Shown here in pieces: positions 60,681-64,000 of a DNA stretch of 64,000 nucleotides. Origin of the DNA: Clostridia bacterium. GTDB taxonomy: Bacteria; Bacillota; Clostridia; Christensenellales; CAG-314. Location of the stretch: NCBI GenBank assembly GCA_028698585.1, contig JAQVWG010000002.1, forward strand, positions 77,799 through 141,798. Direction: 5' to 3'. The translations under genes were made by a program, and so were the position numbers. The notes beneath the pieces were generated by a model, which was not told where the DNA came from, did not search any database, and was given only the letters and a program-made list of their open reading frames with translations. The stretch's first letter is position 1. Each line of letters starts with the position of its first letter.

Positions 60681-61655
60681 TTATAGCCAGCTACTATAAG
60701 TAGCCTTATACTCTGCAACCATACTGTCAGCCTGCTCGACGAGTCCAATTATCTGCTCTTGATTGTCAAGTGTTGCGCCGGCTGCACAGTCATGCCCACC
60801 ACCACCGTATTTCTCTGCCAACTGGTTGATAGTCATGAATCTCGAGCGCAACCTAACTCGCACTGTGCCGTCATCACATTGAATGAAACCAATCCACACA
60901 ATGCACCCTTTAATTGAGTCAAGTAAAGATACGACATTACATGCTTCCTCGAACGATATGCCGAATTGTTCTCTAGTCTCTATGGAAATATAAATATGCA
61001 CCACTCCGTTATCTGTCAGTTGCATTTTCTCGTACACGTACGATGCGTACTTCAAACTAGCGTAGTCATCTAGGTATAGTTGAGCATACAACATATCGGT
61101 GTCAATACCATAGTCTAGTAGACTGCCTGCCAGTCGCATAGTTTCGCCACTTACCGACCTGTACCTGAATCGTCCGGAGTCAGTTACCATTCCTGCGAAT
61201 ATATACGTAGCAGACTGCTTGTCCAGTATGAGTCTATCGCTATACGTTATACACAAGTCAGCAATCATTTCGCATGCTGAAGAACGCTGTTCTTCTACCC
61301 AAGAATAGTCGCCATAGGGGGTATGGTCGATGTGGTGGTCTATCTTAATCAACTCTTGAGCAAGAGCGTACTTATCATTGCTTATTCTATTAAGCGAGGA
61401 TGTGTCCACTACTATCATCAAAGCATCTGCATACATGCTGTCATCTATTATGTCGGTCCCGTTACCCAAAAAAGCCATATATTCGCACTCGTCCTGATTG
61501 ACTAGATATATTTCCTTGTTAGGATAAGAGGCTTGTAATACTGCCTTAAGTCCCATAGTGGAGCCGACTGCATCGCCGTCCGGCCTTATGTGGCGAGAAA
61601 TTATTATTCTGTCATATGCTTCTATTTTGTCAATAATTGTTTGCTTAATATCCAT
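60681..61655 (-). CDS. nrnA: DHH/DHHA1 phosphoesterase, NrnA-like (oligoribonuclease / pAp phosphatase), paralog B
   Basis: DHH motifs SRHIRPDGDAVGS, VDTS, DHH. DHHA1 motif YGGGGHDCAAGA. Confidence 0.85.
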   Translation of the reverse strand: MDIKQTIIDKIEAYDRIIISRHIRPDGDAVGSTMGLKAVLQASYPNKEIYLVNQDECEYMAFLGNGTDIIDDSMYADALMIVVDTSSLNRISNDKYALAQELIKIDHHIDHTPYGDYSWVEEQRSSACEMIADLCITYSDRLILDKQSATYIFAGMVTDSGRFRYRSVSGETMRLAGSLLDYGIDTDMLYAQLYLDDYASLKYASYVYEKMQLTDNGVVHIYISIETREQFGISFEEACNVVSLLDSIKGCIVWIGFIQCDDGTVRVRLRSRFMTINQLAEKYGGGGHDCAAGATLDNQEQIIGLVEQADSMVAEYKATYSSWL

Positions 61656-61660
61656 TACTA

Positions 61661-62596
61661 TTACTCCTGACTCAATCTGTCTAAATCATCTAACATCTGC
61701 ATAGCCTGTTGCCTGTTGGCTAATGTAGCGCCACTTGCCTTAGCATGCCCGCCGCCGCCGTACTTAACGGCCACAGGGTTAATATTATATTTACTTGACC
61801 TTATCTCGCACAACACACTGCCGTTATGCTCGGTAAAATTAACCCATATGTCTACGCCCTTGATGTCTGACATTGTGCCAACCATACCTCGCGATATATC
61901 GAATGGATCTGCACTTAGCTGTTGAATCTGCTCATCGGGTGTATAAATGTAAGCCACATTGTGCTCGGTAAATGCTATTTTGAGCACGAATTGCGCCCTC
62001 AACCTAATCATATCGAAGTCGTCTGCGTATAAATGGCTGTAAATAGAACTTATATCGATTGGTTGTTCAAGCAGTTTACTAGCCAACATAAACGTTCTTG
62101 GAGTGGTAGAGTCATAGCGAAATCGCCCCGAGTCTGTAACTAGGCCCGTATAGAGTGATTGAGACGCTAATACATTGAATGTCCACCCTGCCTCTATCCC
62201 GCAAGCAGTGACAAGTCCGCAACAACTCTCATAAGAGGTGTCCACTATCTCTGTATCAACGATTTTCTCGCAGAATATGTGGTGGTCCATACGCACACCC
62301 TCACGAGCAAGCGCGTACCTGCTGTCTGCTATCAGGTGCGATGCCCCCGTATCTAGTATTATTGCCAGCGCTCCTTCATAAGCGCTGTCATCTATGCTAT
62401 CCATTATACAGTCGTCCATAAAGGAATATCGTGTAGTGTAATCGCCTACTATGTATACGCATTTAGTAGGGTAGTTAGCAAGTATAAGATGTTTGAGCCC
62501 TATTTGACTGCCCAATGCGTCTCCGTCAGGATAAGAGTGTCTGTGAATGATAATGGTGTCATATTGTTCAATTTTGTCTAATATCTGTTCAAACAT
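61661..62596 (-). CDS. nrnA: DHH/DHHA1 phosphoesterase, NrnA-like, paralog A
   Basis: Motifs HRHSYPDGDALGS, LDTG, DHH. DHHA1 motif YGGGGHAKASGA. Ends 5 nt before the start of paralog B. Confidence 0.85.
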   Translation of the reverse strand: MFEQILDKIEQYDTIIIHRHSYPDGDALGSQIGLKHLILANYPTKCVYIVGDYTTRYSFMDDCIMDSIDDSAYEGALAIILDTGASHLIADSRYALAREGVRMDHHIFCEKIVDTEIVDTSYESCCGLVTACGIEAGWTFNVLASQSLYTGLVTDSGRFRYDSTTPRTFMLASKLLEQPIDISSIYSHLYADDFDMIRLRAQFVLKIAFTEHNVAYIYTPDEQIQQLSADPFDISRGMVGTMSDIKGVDIWVNFTEHNGSVLCEIRSSKYNINPVAVKYGGGGHAKASGATLANRQQAMQMLDDLDRLSQE

Positions 62597-63070
62597 TATT
62601 ATACCTCGTAATTGTTTGACATCACTATATCACCGACATCGCAGTTTGTCAATAAATGAACGCTTCAATCGGCACTGTCCTTGTCAATAATTCATTGTAG
62701 CATTGTACATGCGTATCATTGTTTGCTCGCTTACTAAGTCTGCAAAAAAGGTAAGACTTCTTTAGTTGACAAATCACTACAATATGGCATTCGAAGTGAT
62801 TGACTGCTCAGATATGAATATTGCACACTTTATGACAAGTTTAGTTATAAAAAAACGTCCAAATTGGTTTTTATTGCTGGAATCCGCGTATATCAATAAA
62901 ATAATTATTATTGTACAAATATGTGTTGCGTATTCACATGATAAATGATATATTAGTCATAACTCAATGGTTGTTTAGTAATTGAATCAATAATTGTAAA
63001 TGTTTAATAGGTTTTTTGCATGCTTCCTTACGTTTAGCATGTAAAATAATATATTTTCGAGGAAAAGATT

Positions 63071-64000
63071 ATGAAAAGACTTTTGTTGTCTTTACTAGTA
63101 ATGTTGCTAATAGTTAGTATGGCTAATGCTTTTACCGTAACAGAGTCTGCTGTTGCAAATGATTCCTACAGACTGTTATTACCTATGTCACGGAGTACAC
63201 CAGAGAATAACACGCCCGTTCTTAAGCAATTTGATGCGTTGTTATTACCAGATGAAGTGCGCTTCGGCCAGACTATACAACGTATCAATAGAGATATTAT
63301 GTCTGTAATGGATGGAATGATGCTTGGGAAAATTGCTGTAGCTAAGTATGAGTGGCTGATGCATGATGTACCAGCTGCTACTATTACTATTGATGATTAC
63401 CAAAATAGAGCTGTGTATGATCAAACACTTATTGATAGAGAATACTATTATTCTCAGCTACCACAGGGATATAATAATGGTTCTTCATGTGCTCATGTCG
63501 CAACTACGTTGCTGTTGGGATACTATGATTTGTTTTGCAATGATTCTATAATACCGAACACCATAATATATGGTGATGTCATCTACAATAATATCTTAGA
63601 AGGTAAAGAAGATTCTCCATACTATGACGACAGGCGATTTAGCAGTTATGGGATTAGTAAAGATTTCCATGATTATTTGCTACAGTATGGTTATGGAGAG
63701 TTAAACTACCCGATTGATGAGGGGTTGACATGGATTGAGTTACGCAATTTAATTGATTCATATCTGGATACCTGTCCAATAGGGTATGGTAATAACATAT
63801 CTGTAGAGACTACTGACTCTGTTGGGAGTGCCAAGGAGAGGTTGGATAACGGTCAACCTTTGATAATGTGCATGTCGGGTTACAGCTATGCAGTGAACAA
63901 TTCATTCTACATGCATTCTAATACAGGACACGCTGTAGTTGTATACGGCTATCAAGAAACCAATCTGGGAACTTACTATAAGGTGCACATGGGTTGGTAT
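63071..64000 (+). CDS. Secreted papain-fold cysteine peptidase (C10/C47/C39-like); 3' end outside the window
   Basis: Not in the ORF track because no stop falls inside the window. My translation runs open for 310 codons from the ATG at 63071 (GAGGAAAAG RBS). Signal peptide MKRLLLSLLVMLLIVSMANA. Putative catalytic Cys in NNGSSCAHVATTLLLGYY and catalytic His in NTGHAVVVYGY. Confidence 0.6.
   Translation, partial: MKRLLLSLLVMLLIVSMANAFTVTESAVANDSYRLLLPMSRSTPENNTPVLKQFDALLLPDEVRFGQTIQRINRDIMSVMDGMMLGKIAVAKYEWLMHDVPAATITIDDYQNRAVYDQTLIDREYYYSQLPQGYNNGSSCAHVATTLLLGYYDLFCNDSIIPNTIIYGDVIYNNILEGKEDSPYYDDRRFSSYGISKDFHDYLLQYGYGELNYPIDEGLTWIELRNLIDSYLDTCPIGYGNNISVETTDSVGSAKERLDNGQPLIMCMSGYSYAVNNSFYMHSNTGHAVVVYGYQETNLGTYYKVHMGWY

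Noticed and set aside
62766-62948. 60-aa ORF upstream of the peptidase gene.
   Set aside because: It has a TTG start that coincides with a TTGACA-like box, no RBS, and sits in AT-rich intergenic sequence.

Overview
This is a 64-kb chromosomal window from a low-GC, Gram-positive, probably spore-forming Clostridia-like genome (yabP-yabQ-divIC are present). It uses the standard bacterial code: TAA, TAG and TGA each terminate recognisable genes. I call about 50 protein genes. I found no rRNA or tRNA, no CRISPR array, and no transposase or integrase. By my rough tally about 18% of the window is non-coding, which is high for a bacterium. Gene order: uvrA 3' part; a THF riboswitch driving the folate ECF S-component folT; a Sir2 deacetylase; a secreted GDPD; an unknown two-gene cassette; the conserved minus-strand operon ecfA1-ecfA2-ecfT-truA-rplM-rpsI; pyruvate:ferredoxin oxidoreductase; surface and unknown proteins; DUF421/DUF4363; divergent serS and cysS; an RCC1-repeat lipoprotein gene broken by one in-frame TAG; yabP-yabQ-divIC; trxB, a CDF transporter and thyA-folA; a MATE pump; a nitroreductase; divergent fba and gap; two zinc-ribbon membrane paralogs next to an eroded RHS fragment; arcC and an aminotransferase; a histidine-utilisation operon that feeds the formimino group into folate (hutH-hutU-ftcD-hutI plus cyclodeaminase). 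The most interesting part is a co-directional block at 46.7-59.5 kb. Lipoprotein-anchored 5'-nucleotidase, staphylococcal-type nuclease and a 1291-aa OB-fold-rich lipoprotein surround a sugar-type (CUT1) ABC importer, and two tandem NrnA-like DHH nanoRNases follow. I read this as a candidate extracellular nucleic-acid capture, degradation and import system with an undefined transported substrate. A second recurring oddity is long-unit, near-identical tandem repeat arrays. Four are intergenic (2x135, 2x140, 4x173 and 5-6x126 bp) and one is a 450-bp in-frame duplication inside the giant lipoprotein gene. All functional calls rest on motif and family recognition by eye; no searches were run.
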